From positions 704,001 to 768,000 of the forward strand of contig CAXWPL010000004.1 in assembly GCA_963666215.2 (NCBI GenBank): a stretch of 64,000 nucleotides of DNA, written 5' to 3'. The DNA comes from Acidobacteriota bacterium. GTDB taxonomy: Bacteria; Acidobacteriota; UBA890; WLXD01. The translations under genes were made by a program, and so were the position numbers. Below are positions 1 to 9,221 of the stretch, in pieces; the first letter of the stretch is position 1; every line of letters begins with the position of its first letter. The notes below the pieces were generated by a model. That model had not been told where the DNA came from. It ran no database searches and was given only the letters and a program-made list of their open reading frames with translations.

Positions 1-2
1 TC

Positions 3-2036
3 GTCCTCGTCGGCACAGTCGCGGCCATCGGTGCTGAATCGGGTTGCGGCAGCCGCGGCGCGCCAATGCCGCCTTTACGGCCCACGCCCCCAGCCATCAC
101 CGACTTCACCGTGACGCAGCGCGGCACCGACGGTATTGTGCGCTTTCGGTCGGTGTCGCCGGTTGTTGATGTTGATGGCGAGCCGCTCGAGCTCGACGCG
201 ATTGAGGTCTTGATGTACGCCGAGCGCTACCCGGCGGCGACGCCGTCGTTGATATCGACCGCCCTCGAGCGCGAGCGTCGCACTCGCCTCGAAGAAGCGA
301 TTGTGGCCGCCGAGGAAGCCGAGGCCGCCGTCGAAGCGCGCCGCGTGGCTGCCGAGTACCAAGCCCGGGTCGACGCCGCAATCGCCGCCGGCCAGGAACC
401 GCCACCGCCACCCGAGCCCCCAGAGCCAGAGGAGGAGCTCGTCGAGGGTGAGGAGGGCGACGAGCCGCTGACCGCGGCCGAGCGTTTGCTACGTGGCGTG
501 CCCACGCCGGTGCAGCGCGCCTGGCGCGAGGCGGGGATTCTGCCCGATGCCGTGCTCGAATCGGCCGAGCGCCTGGACAACGCGGTCGATGATCTTTGGA
601 CCGAGCTGGCGCTGCCACTCGCGTTCATCGACCTCACGCGGCCGCCCGAACTGCCTGACCCGGTGGAGATCATCGACGCCGCGCGGCGAGTAGCCGCCCA
701 GATTGAGTACGAGAGCGCAATGGACGTCCCGGTGTTCCTGGCCTACGCCGCCGTCGTGCGGCGGCTGGACTTCGACGAGGTGGACGCCGCGACCACGGCC
801 GGATATGTGGAGACGTCGATCACGCTGGGTGTACCTTCCAGCGGCCCCGTTCGGACCCGTTATTTCTTCGCCGTCCGCGCCGCGTCGCTCCTTGGCACCG
901 AGGGCGTAGTCAGCCGCGTCGCGTCGCTCGCGCCGGCTTCGGTGCCGGTCGCACCGGGCATACCGGTGGTCGACGTAGGGCCCGGCGGAATTCGGCTCGA
1001 CTGGACGCCGCCTGCCGGCAACCTGTCGGGTGAGCTGCTGCGGCCGGAGAGGCTGTCGTACAACCTCTACCGTCGAACAACGGCCGAAACTGGCTTCCCC
1101 GCCGACCCGATCAACCGATTCCCGCTGCTGGTGCCGACCTACACCGATACGACCGCAGCGCTGGGTCAGACCTACGTCTACGAGGTGCGAGCGCTTCTCC
1201 GCGCCCTGGGCGACGAACAGGGGCTTCTGCCGGGGACGCCGCCGGAGGGGACGGAAACCGCGGCAACGGGGCCCGCCGCGGGAGCGACCACCGCCAGTCG
1301 CGATAGCGCGACGACGGCTCTCGATCGAGACACCACCCCACTCGGTGTAGTTCCCACGACGCCGACCCTCGGGCGCACTGCGGCAAGCCGCGTGGTCCGC
1401 CCACGGGTCAAGGAAAGCCAGCCTAGCCGCAGCGGCGAGATCGCCGCGATCGACATCTACCCGCCAGCTCCCGCCCGTGCGCTGGAGGCGATCCGTACCG
1501 GCACACGCGTCACCCTGCGCTGGGACCCATCGCTCACGCGAGACGTTGCTGGCTACCGTGTGTACCGCCACGCGGCACCCGCGCCCGAGCTGCCGGTGCG
1601 CGCGATTCCCGGACAGGAGGCCGAAGCCGCTGAAGAACAAGGTGAAACGCCTGCCGCCGACGCAGCGGACGATCAAGGCGGTGGCGAGGTCGCTGCCGAA
1701 GAGGCTGCGCAGACGGCCGAGGCTACCGAGATCGTTGAGCCACCCGTAGAGCTGCCCGAGGATGCGCCTCCCGTAGCCAGACGTGGCGTCGCGCAGCGCA
1801 GCCCGAACCCGCTGCGGGCCGCTGGCTGGGAGCTGCTCACACCGGTGCTGCTCCCCGAGACCCGCTACGTCGATACGGCCGCAGATCGTCAAACAGGCTA
1901 CGTTTACATTGTCGAAGCGGTCGACCAGGCAGGGAATGTCAGCTCTCTCGTTGCCGCTACGGTCGACGCCGAGGTGAACCCCGACCCCGACAACCCCGCG
2001 GATTCCGAGAATTCCGAGCAGGGGCGTCGGCCGTGA
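3..2036 (+). CDS. Fibronectin type III domain lipoprotein (5' end outside window)
   Basis: The frame is open from position 3: VLVGTVAAIGAESG-C-GSRGAPMPP, i.e. a signal peptide tail plus lipobox Cys upstream of the ORF-track Met at 66. Fn3-like motifs: IRLDWTPP..YNLYRR..YTDTT..YVYEVRA and VTLRWDP..GYRVYR..YVDT..YVYIVEAVD..GNVS. Stop overlaps the dapF start (GTGA). Confidence 0.75.
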   Translation, partial: VLVGTVAAIGAESGCGSRGAPMPPLRPTPPAITDFTVTQRGTDGIVRFRSVSPVVDVDGEPLELDAIEVLMYAERYPAATPSLISTALERERRTRLEEAIVAAEEAEAAVEARRVAAEYQARVDAAIAAGQEPPPPPEPPEPEEELVEGEEGDEPLTAAERLLRGVPTPVQRAWREAGILPDAVLESAERLDNAVDDLWTELALPLAFIDLTRPPELPDPVEIIDAARRVAAQIEYESAMDVPVFLAYAAVVRRLDFDEVDAATTAGYVETSITLGVPSSGPVRTRYFFAVRAASLLGTEGVVSRVASLAPASVPVAPGIPVVDVGPGGIRLDWTPPAGNLSGELLRPERLSYNLYRRTTAETGFPADPINRFPLLVPTYTDTTAALGQTYVYEVRALLRALGDEQGLLPGTPPEGTETAATGPAAGATTASRDSATTALDRDTTPLGVVPTTPTLGRTAASRVVRPRVKESQPSRSGEIAAIDIYPPAPARALEAIRTGTRVTLRWDPSLTRDVAGYRVYRHAAPAPELPVRAIPGQEAEAAEEQGETPAADAADDQGGGEVAAEEAAQTAEATEIVEPPVELPEDAPPVARRGVAQRSPNPLRAAGWELLTPVLLPETRYVDTAADRQTGYVYIVEAVDQAGNVSSLVAATVDAEVNPDPDNPADSENSEQGRRP

Positions 2037-3037
2037 CCGCGCGCACGAAAGAGGTTGCGTTCGTCAAGTACTCGGCCGCCGGCAACGACTTCATTGTTGT
2101 TGACGGCCGCGAAGAGGCTGTGGCGCCCGCCGACGCCGCCAATACCGCGCGCGCGCTGTGTCATCGCGGCTCCTCTGTTGGCGCCGACGGGCTGCTGCTG
2201 ATGTCGTTCGAGCAAGGTCGGCCGCGCATGCGGTTGTGGAATGCCGACGGCTCGACCGCCGAGTTCTCCGGCAACGCGGCTCGCTGCGCCGTGCGCTACG
2301 TCGTCGACGCTGGCTGGGCTGACAGTGGCGACAACAACGAAGCACAGGTGACGCTGCTCACCGACATCGGGACCGTGCACGGCAGGGTGGGCGGGCATCG
2401 CGTCCACGTAGAGATTCCAGGCGGCGCGACGGTTGTTCCGGACCTGCGAATCCGAGTCGAAGGTCGCGACCTACTCGGCACCTACGTTCTGGTAGGTGTG
2501 CCCTTCTTCGTGGTCCTGCACGACGATCCGGACGACCTGCCGGTGCGCTACCTCGGCAAGGCGATTCGCAACCATGCCGACCTGCAACCGGCGGGCGCCA
2601 ACGTTGACTTCGTTCGCGTCGACGACGAGCAGAATCTCTACTTCCGCGTCTATGAGCGCGGCGTCGAGGCCGAGACGCTGTCGTCGGGAACTGGGAGCAT
2701 CTCGGCGGCGCTCGCCGCAGCGGCTCGCGATCGCGTGTCGTCACCGGTAGCCTGCCACGCTCGAGGCGGCGTGCTAACGGTGAGCTTTCGTCGTGCCGAC
2801 GACGGCCCCGGAGGCACGTCGGGCCCGGTAGCCGACGGCGGAGGGATCAGCGACGCTCATGGGTCAGGGGAAACCGCCCTGTCTGAGGCCGACTTCGTTC
2901 GAGCTCCCGAGCCGCCGTCTCTGCTCGGCGACGCGCAGCGGCTGCGCTACGCGGACATCGCAATCGACGGCAATACACGCCGGGTGATGAGTGGCACGGC
3001 ACATGCCGAAGCGCTGCTCAGAAGGTCGCGCGGCTAG
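2033..3037 (+). CDS. dapF: Diaminopimelate epimerase family protein (Ser/Ser active-site variant)
   Basis: Motifs GNDF, GADGLL, NADGSTAEFSGNAARC, GANVDF, RVYERGVEAETLSSGTG. Confidence 0.88.
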   Translation: MTARTKEVAFVKYSAAGNDFIVVDGREEAVAPADAANTARALCHRGSSVGADGLLLMSFEQGRPRMRLWNADGSTAEFSGNAARCAVRYVVDAGWADSGDNNEAQVTLLTDIGTVHGRVGGHRVHVEIPGGATVVPDLRIRVEGRDLLGTYVLVGVPFFVVLHDDPDDLPVRYLGKAIRNHADLQPAGANVDFVRVDDEQNLYFRVYERGVEAETLSSGTGSISAALAAAARDRVSSPVACHARGGVLTVSFRRADDGPGGTSGPVADGGGISDAHGSGETALSEADFVRAPEPPSLLGDAQRLRYADIAIDGNTRRVMSGTAHAEALLRRSRG

Positions 3038-3650
3038 AAATACCGGCGCGCCGCCTGCAGAGCGCGCGCCAAGCAGGCGCGGCCACCAGCACACCTAGCG
3101 CGCCCGCCCGCGCGTTGAGCTGGACGTCACGTGAATCGTAGTAGCGCCGTTCCCAGAACCAGCCCTGGGTGAGCTCGTCGAGGTAGCCAACCGCCGCGGT
3201 TGCCAACACAGCGAGCGCAGCAGCCGTCACCCAACCAAAGCCCCCCGACGAGCTCGCGTCGGCGTGGGGACTGCTCGGCGTGACCAATCCGCAGTACATC
3301 AGCGCGGCCAGGCCACCGTATTCGATGTAGTGGAGCCGCTCCTGCGGGATGTCGAGCCACCACGTCCCGAGAACGTACAGCACCAACCCGAGAGCCAGGA
3401 GGGCCCGTTCGCCAGCGGTCGTCACGGCCCAAACTCGTGCCAGCAACACCACCGCCAAGGCTCCTCCGACGGCCACCACGAGCGTTGCCACGTTACCGAG
3501 CGCGGCGTCGCCCCAGCGTTCCTTGAACGCGTCGACCCAGAACCCGAGCCGTGGCTGCACCGCAAACAGCCCGCCGATGTAGGCCGCGACCCCGGCCCAG
3601 TAGGCGCGACTTCCTACGCTCACCGGGAGCGCCGGGCGCTGCTGAGCCAT
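3018..3650 (-). CDS. VanZ-like membrane protein
   Basis: Hydrophobic helices plus ERLHYIEYGGL..GYLDELTQ..RYYDSRDVQLN, the VanZ-type H..DE..Q..R..D pattern. Start placed at ATG 3650. Confidence 0.7.
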   Translation of the reverse strand: MAQQRPALPVSVGSRAYWAGVAAYIGGLFAVQPRLGFWVDAFKERWGDAALGNVATLVVAVGGALAVVLLARVWAVTTAGERALLALGLVLYVLGTWWLDIPQERLHYIEYGGLAALMYCGLVTPSSPHADASSSGGFGWVTAAALAVLATAAVGYLDELTQGWFWERRYYDSRDVQLNARAGALGVLVAAPAWRALCRRRAGISSRATF

Positions 3651-3663
3651 GAAACTTGCACGC

Positions 3664-5961
3664 TTACTGCCGCTGCACCGCCGCCTCGGGTGTTTCCCGT
3701 GCCGGGACCCCTGGGAGCAAATCGACGAAACAGCGCGTGCCAGCCTCGGCCTCGGCCTCGGCGCCACGCGTCCAAGAGATCAGCCCGTCCTCATCCGTAA
3801 AGGCGGCCGAGCGATTCGGGTAGTCCCATCGCGACAAACCTCCGGGGCGCCGGGCGCGATCGGGCGGGTCGCCCCACGCAAGTCGTACCATTTGCCGCGA
3901 CATCCCCGCGGCTAGCTCACCCGCCAGGAGCTTCCGTTTTTCTTCCTCCGACCAGGAGGACTCGGCGATCTCCGGCCAGACTGCCGTCAGCTCCTCCGCC
4001 GGCCGCAGGCTCGGTGCGAACAGCGCCCGAGTGAAGAGTTGTGCCGGGGCGTACGAGACCACACGCGCGGGCCGCAGCAGAAGCGGCCGCGCGGTCAGGT
4101 GGTCGGGCCACTCGATCGGCATCAGCGTTGCGCGATCGAAGATGGCGGAGCCTGTTTCCTGAACCGCAATCGTGATGTCGAGCGGCAGCAGCCGTACCGT
4201 CAGGGTCTCGGCATCGAGCGGCACGTCGGCTTCGAGCGTAACTCGAGTGGTGCGGCCGGCCACCGCCGCACTCACCGACTCGCGCACCGCGCCCACTTGG
4301 ATCTCGAGGCCGATCGTCGCCGTTGGGCTGAGGTCGCCGCTCGGTGCCGCACGCGCGTCGGCTACCAGCCGCACCCGACGTCCTCTCAGCTTGTGGATGA
4401 TCGCCGGTGGCAAGCTCTGCTCCAGGTAGACGGCCTGCCGCTTGCTGGAGTCCTTGAGAAGCACCCCGCTGAGCTGCGCGTCGGGCAGCGCTCGCCGCGG
4501 CACCGCCATTTCCAGCGGCGCGGTTGGCACAATGAGACGCGTCAGGTCGATGAATCCCAGTCCACGAGGCGCCTCCAAGGCTGGCGTGGTATCGGGCAAC
4601 ACTGGCGACGCAAGATCAAGCCGCCCGGCGCGTTCGCCAAGTGGACCCAGGCCGCCGACCAGGCTCCAGCAGCTCGCCGGTCGCCCGGTGATCTCGCGCG
4701 GCGCGTTCTCGTCGACAACGAGGGTGGGGTTACCCAACAGGCCGATCATCGGTTGCAGCGACCTTGCCGGGCTCGTTGACTGCCAGGCTCCATGCCAACG
4801 CTGCAGAACCAGCTCAACTGGACCGGCGACGAGCAGCTCACCGTCAGCCAGCCCCGATCCCCGCTCAGCGTCGGCGTCGCCATCGTCGGCGTCGGCGGGA
4901 TCGGCGTCGGGGTCGCGATCGATGTCAGGATCGAGATCGGCGTCGGGGTCACGGTCGGGCTCGTCGAGCTCGTCGATGCTCGCTTGGGTATCGGCTTCCG
5001 TGGGGTCGGCGGGGTCGACTTCGGCCGGCTTGCCCGCCCCTGGACCATCGCCGGAGAGCTCGCCAGCGCCGGTCGTCTCCACAACTCCCAGTGCGCGCAG
5101 CCCGCCAACGATGTCGAACAGATCGTCGAGCAGCTCCGACGGCACCGAGTAGGCACGAACGGCAATCGGGTCGCCCAGAGCGACGATGTGCTCGGGCAGC
5201 AGTTCGACGGTGCTGCGCCACCACTCGGCCGGGACATTCACTGGCGGGTCGGAGAGGGCGGTAGCAGTCCGCAATCCAAGGCCAACCAGCTCAGTCGCTT
5301 GCCGGGCGTCCGCCGGCTCGCCGCTCGCACTCCTTTCTCCCGCATCTCCCTCGCCCGTCCGATTCTCCTCGCCAGCCTCAGCAGGCTGCGCGCCCCTATC
5401 CCGTTCTTGCGCCTCGCCCGCTTCGTCGACACGGTCAAGCGACGAACGGCTGCGACCGCTGTCGGGCGCCTCGATCACAATGGCGTCGAGCGCGGCTAGC
5501 CTTCCGCTCGCCTGGCCCAGCTGCTCATCGTCGAACGCGACATAGAAGGTCTGTTCCTGCAGCACCCACGCTGAGGGACCTCCGACCGCATGCCACGGTC
5601 GTCCGAACTCATCGATTGTCTCACCGTAGTAAACGAGCACGTCGCCCGGCTCGACCTGCTGCCGAACCTCCGACGTCGTGGAAGCCTTGACGTGAAGCGC
5701 GCCGCCGTTCAGTGCGGTCGCCAGTCGCGGCACCGTATCGGTGGCAACCGTCGGGCGGGCGGCGGTCGGCAGCGGTGGTACCGGCGGCCCGACCGGCTCC
5801 GGCTCTGTCTGTGGCGAGGTCTCTGCAGATGAAGCTTGCTGTGCCAACGCCGACCGCGAAGAGCCGACTGCCGCCAAGAGCAAACTCGCGAGAACGGCGA
5901 ACCCGACACATGCCGCAAGTGAAGCCCAACCAACAATCGCGCCGCGCCGGGAGCCGTTCAT
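3664..5961 (-). CDS. Exported multidomain hypothetical protein (SH3b-like, acidic linker, beta-sandwich, BamE/SmpA-like C-terminus)
   Basis: N-terminal signal/TM segment. Start overlaps the ygfZ stop (ATGA). Domain resemblances were judged by eye. Confidence 0.65.
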   Translation of the reverse strand: MNGSRRGAIVGWASLAACVGFAVLASLLLAAVGSSRSALAQQASSAETSPQTEPEPVGPPVPPLPTAARPTVATDTVPRLATALNGGALHVKASTTSEVRQQVEPGDVLVYYGETIDEFGRPWHAVGGPSAWVLQEQTFYVAFDDEQLGQASGRLAALDAIVIEAPDSGRSRSSLDRVDEAGEAQERDRGAQPAEAGEENRTGEGDAGERSASGEPADARQATELVGLGLRTATALSDPPVNVPAEWWRSTVELLPEHIVALGDPIAVRAYSVPSELLDDLFDIVGGLRALGVVETTGAGELSGDGPGAGKPAEVDPADPTEADTQASIDELDEPDRDPDADLDPDIDRDPDADPADADDGDADAERGSGLADGELLVAGPVELVLQRWHGAWQSTSPARSLQPMIGLLGNPTLVVDENAPREITGRPASCWSLVGGLGPLGERAGRLDLASPVLPDTTPALEAPRGLGFIDLTRLIVPTAPLEMAVPRRALPDAQLSGVLLKDSSKRQAVYLEQSLPPAIIHKLRGRRVRLVADARAAPSGDLSPTATIGLEIQVGAVRESVSAAVAGRTTRVTLEADVPLDAETLTVRLLPLDITIAVQETGSAIFDRATLMPIEWPDHLTARPLLLRPARVVSYAPAQLFTRALFAPSLRPAEELTAVWPEIAESSWSEEEKRKLLAGELAAGMSRQMVRLAWGDPPDRARRPGGLSRWDYPNRSAAFTDEDGLISWTRGAEAEAEAGTRCFVDLLPGVPARETPEAAVQRQ

Positions 5962-7205
5962 GACTCGGCACCTGTTCCGGCGGTCGATCCAGCGGCATCA
6001 ACCGCAGACCTGGCGAGCTCGACAGCAGGCCCGATGACCGTAACCTCGACCGAAGCGCCGGCGTCCGGTGGCGCCTGTTCCACAGCGGTCGCCTGCAACC
6101 GGGCTCCCGCAATCAGCTGCTGTCGGCGCACGTAGCCAAGGCCAGCCGATCCGTCCTCTGGCCATGCCGTGGTACTGGTCACGATGCCGACATCGCTGCC
6201 CTCGAACAGCAACCTCGCGCCGCGGCTCACAGATGCGGCAAAGGACAACCTGGCAAGCAATCGATTGACGTGGCCACGGTAGTGAATCCGCGCCACTGTC
6301 TCCTGGCCGACGTAGCAGCCCTTGTCGTAGTCGACCGCACTGTCGCGACAGGCCTCCTGCGGAAACTCCGAACCCGTGAGCTCGCGGCCATGCGCCGCGA
6401 TGCCAGCGTCGATACGCAGAACTTCGGCGGCCTCGTGGCCCAGCGGCTGACACTCCGGCAACACCGAGCGGAACGCAGACCAAACCGCGGCGGCCCCGGG
6501 CGCTGGGACAAGAAGCTCGACGCCTGGAGCTCCCAAGCGTCTCGAGTGCGCAACCAGCACGTCATGACCGGCGATCTCGACGCGTTTGTGGCTGTAGTCA
6601 CCGAGCGGCTGTGGACCGACAACCGCCTCGACGGCGATCGAATTGGCCACGCCCGGTCCGAGCAGGGCAAGGATCGTGACCTCGTCGGCGCGACCGTCGA
6701 TCGTCACCGAAGAGCGCAGAATGTAGCGCCGCAGCGCGGCCAAGACGTCTTCGACCGCTACGGTGTCGGTGGCCACGATCAACTGCTGAGCTTCGCACCA
6801 AAGATCGAGATCGCCGAGAATCCGGCCCTTCTGATCGAGCAGCAACGCCTCGGCTCCGCCGCCCGGCTGCAACCTACTGACATCGTTCGACAACAGTCGC
6901 TGCAAGAAGCTCACGCGGTCGTCGCCGGCAATGGCCACCGCCGCGCGCCAAGGCCGCCAAGCCAGAGCCACACCGGAGCGCGCCGCCGCCACTTCTTTGG
7001 CAACCGAGTCGTAGCGAAGAGCGCGCAGATCTTGCCCGCGGTGGCGCGGCAACCGAGACCTGTCGGCCGCGTCCGCTCCGACGGCGCCACCTCCGCCTTC
7101 ACTCGGCGCCGATACACCCGAGTCCGGCGCCGCTCCGTTATCGAGAGCGACGATCTCCGCTCCCTCGCGACGCTGCAACTCGAGGAAGTCGGTAGCGACG
7201 GTCAT
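5958..7205 (-). CDS. ygfZ: YgfZ/GcvT-family folate-binding protein
   Basis: DRVSFLQRLLSNDV, LLLDQKGRI and the signature KGCYVGQE. True start is likely ATG 7205, which overlaps the upstream stop; the ORF-track N-terminal extension is a shadow. Confidence 0.88.
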   Translation of the reverse strand: MTVATDFLELQRREGAEIVALDNGAAPDSGVSAPSEGGGGAVGADAADRSRLPRHRGQDLRALRYDSVAKEVAAARSGVALAWRPWRAAVAIAGDDRVSFLQRLLSNDVSRLQPGGGAEALLLDQKGRILGDLDLWCEAQQLIVATDTVAVEDVLAALRRYILRSSVTIDGRADEVTILALLGPGVANSIAVEAVVGPQPLGDYSHKRVEIAGHDVLVAHSRRLGAPGVELLVPAPGAAAVWSAFRSVLPECQPLGHEAAEVLRIDAGIAAHGRELTGSEFPQEACRDSAVDYDKGCYVGQETVARIHYRGHVNRLLARLSFAASVSRGARLLFEGSDVGIVTSTTAWPEDGSAGLGYVRRQQLIAGARLQATAVEQAPPDAGASVEVTVIGPAVELARSAVDAAGSTAGTGAES

Positions 7206-7765
7206 CGGTTGCCTGGCTCGGTGGGTTCGTCGGCAGGCGGACTCTCGGCGCCCGAACTGCCGGCTGCCGTCTGCAGTCGGATCTCGACAGTGTCGCCCAC
7301 TTGGGCCGGACCAACGCGGCCTTCGAGATCGCCCGGCTGGCGAGAGAGCGCGTCGCCGTCCTGATCGAGACGCGCAATAACGTCCAGGTCGCCAGTGAGC
7401 GGCGTCCCCGGGATCATGGCGTCCCGCTCGGTAATCACGAACTGCGCTGGCAGCGTCGCCGGCAGCTGCTTGACCGCCAGCGGGGCACCACCGGTCCTGC
7501 CCGCAACACGCACCACGACGTAGATGACACCGTCGGGAACAGCGTCGGTGTGGTCTGGAGACAGCACAATGGTGCCGCTGATCCCGGCCGACGCGACCAG
7601 CTGTGCACCGCCATCGAGCGACGGCGGCGGCGGCGGCGGAATCGACGCCGCTTCCTCGCGGCCAATCGACTCGACGTTGCGCGAAACGCAGCCCGCGCCT
7701 GCTAACAACAGCGCCAGCGATACCCAACAGATCGAGCACTTCGCACGACGGTGAAATCTGGCCAC
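7202..7765 (-). CDS. Lipoprotein with CcmI/CycH C-terminal-like Ig domain
   Basis: Lipobox LLLAGAG-C. PLAVKQL..F.IT..DAMIPG..VIARLDQDGDA..QPGDLEG resembles the CycH/CcmI C-terminal domain. Start uncertain (GTG 7765). Confidence 0.7.
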   Translation of the reverse strand: MARFHRRAKCSICWVSLALLLAGAGCVSRNVESIGREEAASIPPPPPPSLDGGAQLVASAGISGTIVLSPDHTDAVPDGVIYVVVRVAGRTGGAPLAVKQLPATLPAQFVITERDAMIPGTPLTGDLDVIARLDQDGDALSRQPGDLEGRVGPAQVGDTVEIRLQTAAGSSGAESPPADEPTEPGNR

Positions 7766-7934
7766 AGAGCGTCCTCGTGCTCGACGTGCAGGGGTGGGCA
7801 CTCGGTCGGAGATGCCCGGAGCGAGCCGGTTCGGTGGGCCCGCTCGGCAATCCGACGACTTACGAACCGCAAATCGCGAGATCGAATTGTAGCAGTCGCT
7901 TTGTGGGCGCCACGACGCACGGCAAGCAACGCTT

Positions 7935-9221
7935 CTATCCGGCGGAACGTCCGCGATGGCGCTCGATCAGCTCGGCGTAGAGATCCAGGTAGAGAGGAAT
8001 CGCCGAGCGCCAGCTGAAGCTCTCCTCGCACAACGCCTGGCCCGCGGCCCCGAGCGATTCGCGATCGGTCGCGGCGGCCTCGAGCAGCGCGGCGGAGAGC
8101 GCGTCGATGTCCCCGGGTTGCACCAGGAAGCCAGTCTCGCCGTCAAGGACCTTGTCGCGCAATCCTCCGGTATCGCTGGCGATCACACCCAGCCCGTGCG
8201 CCATCGCCTCCAGGGTGACGAGACTCGAGCCCTCGTACAGCGTCGGATGAACGAACCAGTCAGCACGCGCCAAGAGGCCATGCTTGACCTCCTCGGCCAC
8301 GAATCCGGCGAGGCGACAGCGATTGCCGAGCCCTGCGTTACGAATCGCCGCCTCGAGCTCGGGGCGATTGGGGCCGTCCCCAACGAGCAGCCAGCCCCAT
8401 CCGGGCGGCAGCCGATCACCAGCACGCGCGAGGGCCTGCGGCAAGAGGTCGAATCCCTTGTTGGGCGCGATTCGCCCCACCGACACGAACAACGGATCGG
8501 AGTCCTCGAGCCCGTGCTCGGCAAGCAACGCGGCGGCGGCCTGTCGATCAGCAGCGGCGCGGCAGGCCTCGGGGTTGACCACGTTGGGAACAACACGGAC
8601 CTTGCTAGCGGCGATGCGATGGTACCGGCAGGCGCTATCGAACAGGGCGCGGTCGGTGGCGATGACGAGCTCGCTGTCTCGCGCCACCCGTCGCATGCCG
8701 GCGCGGAACGGGGCGTACGCCAGGTGCTTGAGTCGGCCGGGGGAACGGAACTCCTCCATGCCCTGTGTGGTGAGCAGCAGCGGTGCTCGCAGCCTGCCGC
8801 GGCGGGAGCGCCGAGCGAGCCCCCAGCCCGCCAGACCGTGTACGTGAACGACGTCCACGTCGTCGTCGAGCCAGGCTGCTACGCGCAACGACCACGCCGG
8901 GTAGTTGGTGTTGCGATCGAGCACCACGGTGCCGCGCTTGCGGCCGATCGGCAGCCAGTTGCCCGGCACCCAGTGGACGCCAACGCCCCGCTCGAACGCG
9001 GCAGCGGCGTCGACGGCACGCGACGCCTCCAACGGGCTCTCGCTGTAAAGCGTCACCCGGACGCCAGCGCGCGCGAGATGTTGCACCTGATCGTGGACCG
9101 CGCTCTCCAGCCCCCCGGGGCCGTGCGCCGGGTGCACGCGCCGCGACACCACGGCAACACGTGGCCCGTCGGCGGTCGCAACCGACCGCCTCTCGGTCGA
9201 CGGACGAATTGCGCTAGCCAC
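7935..9221 (-). CDS. GT4 glycosyltransferase
   Basis: GGLES, VGRIAPNKG, PTLYEGSSLVTLEAMAHG (EX7E). Start GTG 9221 overlaps the upstream stop. Confidence 0.88.
   Translation of the reverse strand: MASAIRPSTERRSVATADGPRVAVVSRRVHPAHGPGGLESAVHDQVQHLARAGVRVTLYSESPLEASRAVDAAAAFERGVGVHWVPGNWLPIGRKRGTVVLDRNTNYPAWSLRVAAWLDDDVDVVHVHGLAGWGLARRSRRGRLRAPLLLTTQGMEEFRSPGRLKHLAYAPFRAGMRRVARDSELVIATDRALFDSACRYHRIAASKVRVVPNVVNPEACRAAADRQAAAALLAEHGLEDSDPLFVSVGRIAPNKGFDLLPQALARAGDRLPPGWGWLLVGDGPNRPELEAAIRNAGLGNRCRLAGFVAEEVKHGLLARADWFVHPTLYEGSSLVTLEAMAHGLGVIASDTGGLRDKVLDGETGFLVQPGDIDALSAALLEAAATDRESLGAAGQALCEESFSWRSAIPLYLDLYAELIERHRGRSAG

Noticed and set aside
3018-3037. 20-bp convergent overlap of dapF and the VanZ-like gene
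   Set aside because: Short tail-to-tail overlaps are common in GC-rich genomes.
7206-7850. N-terminal extension of YgfZ
   Set aside because: It overlaps the lipoprotein gene in another frame; ATG 7205 gives a normal coupled start.
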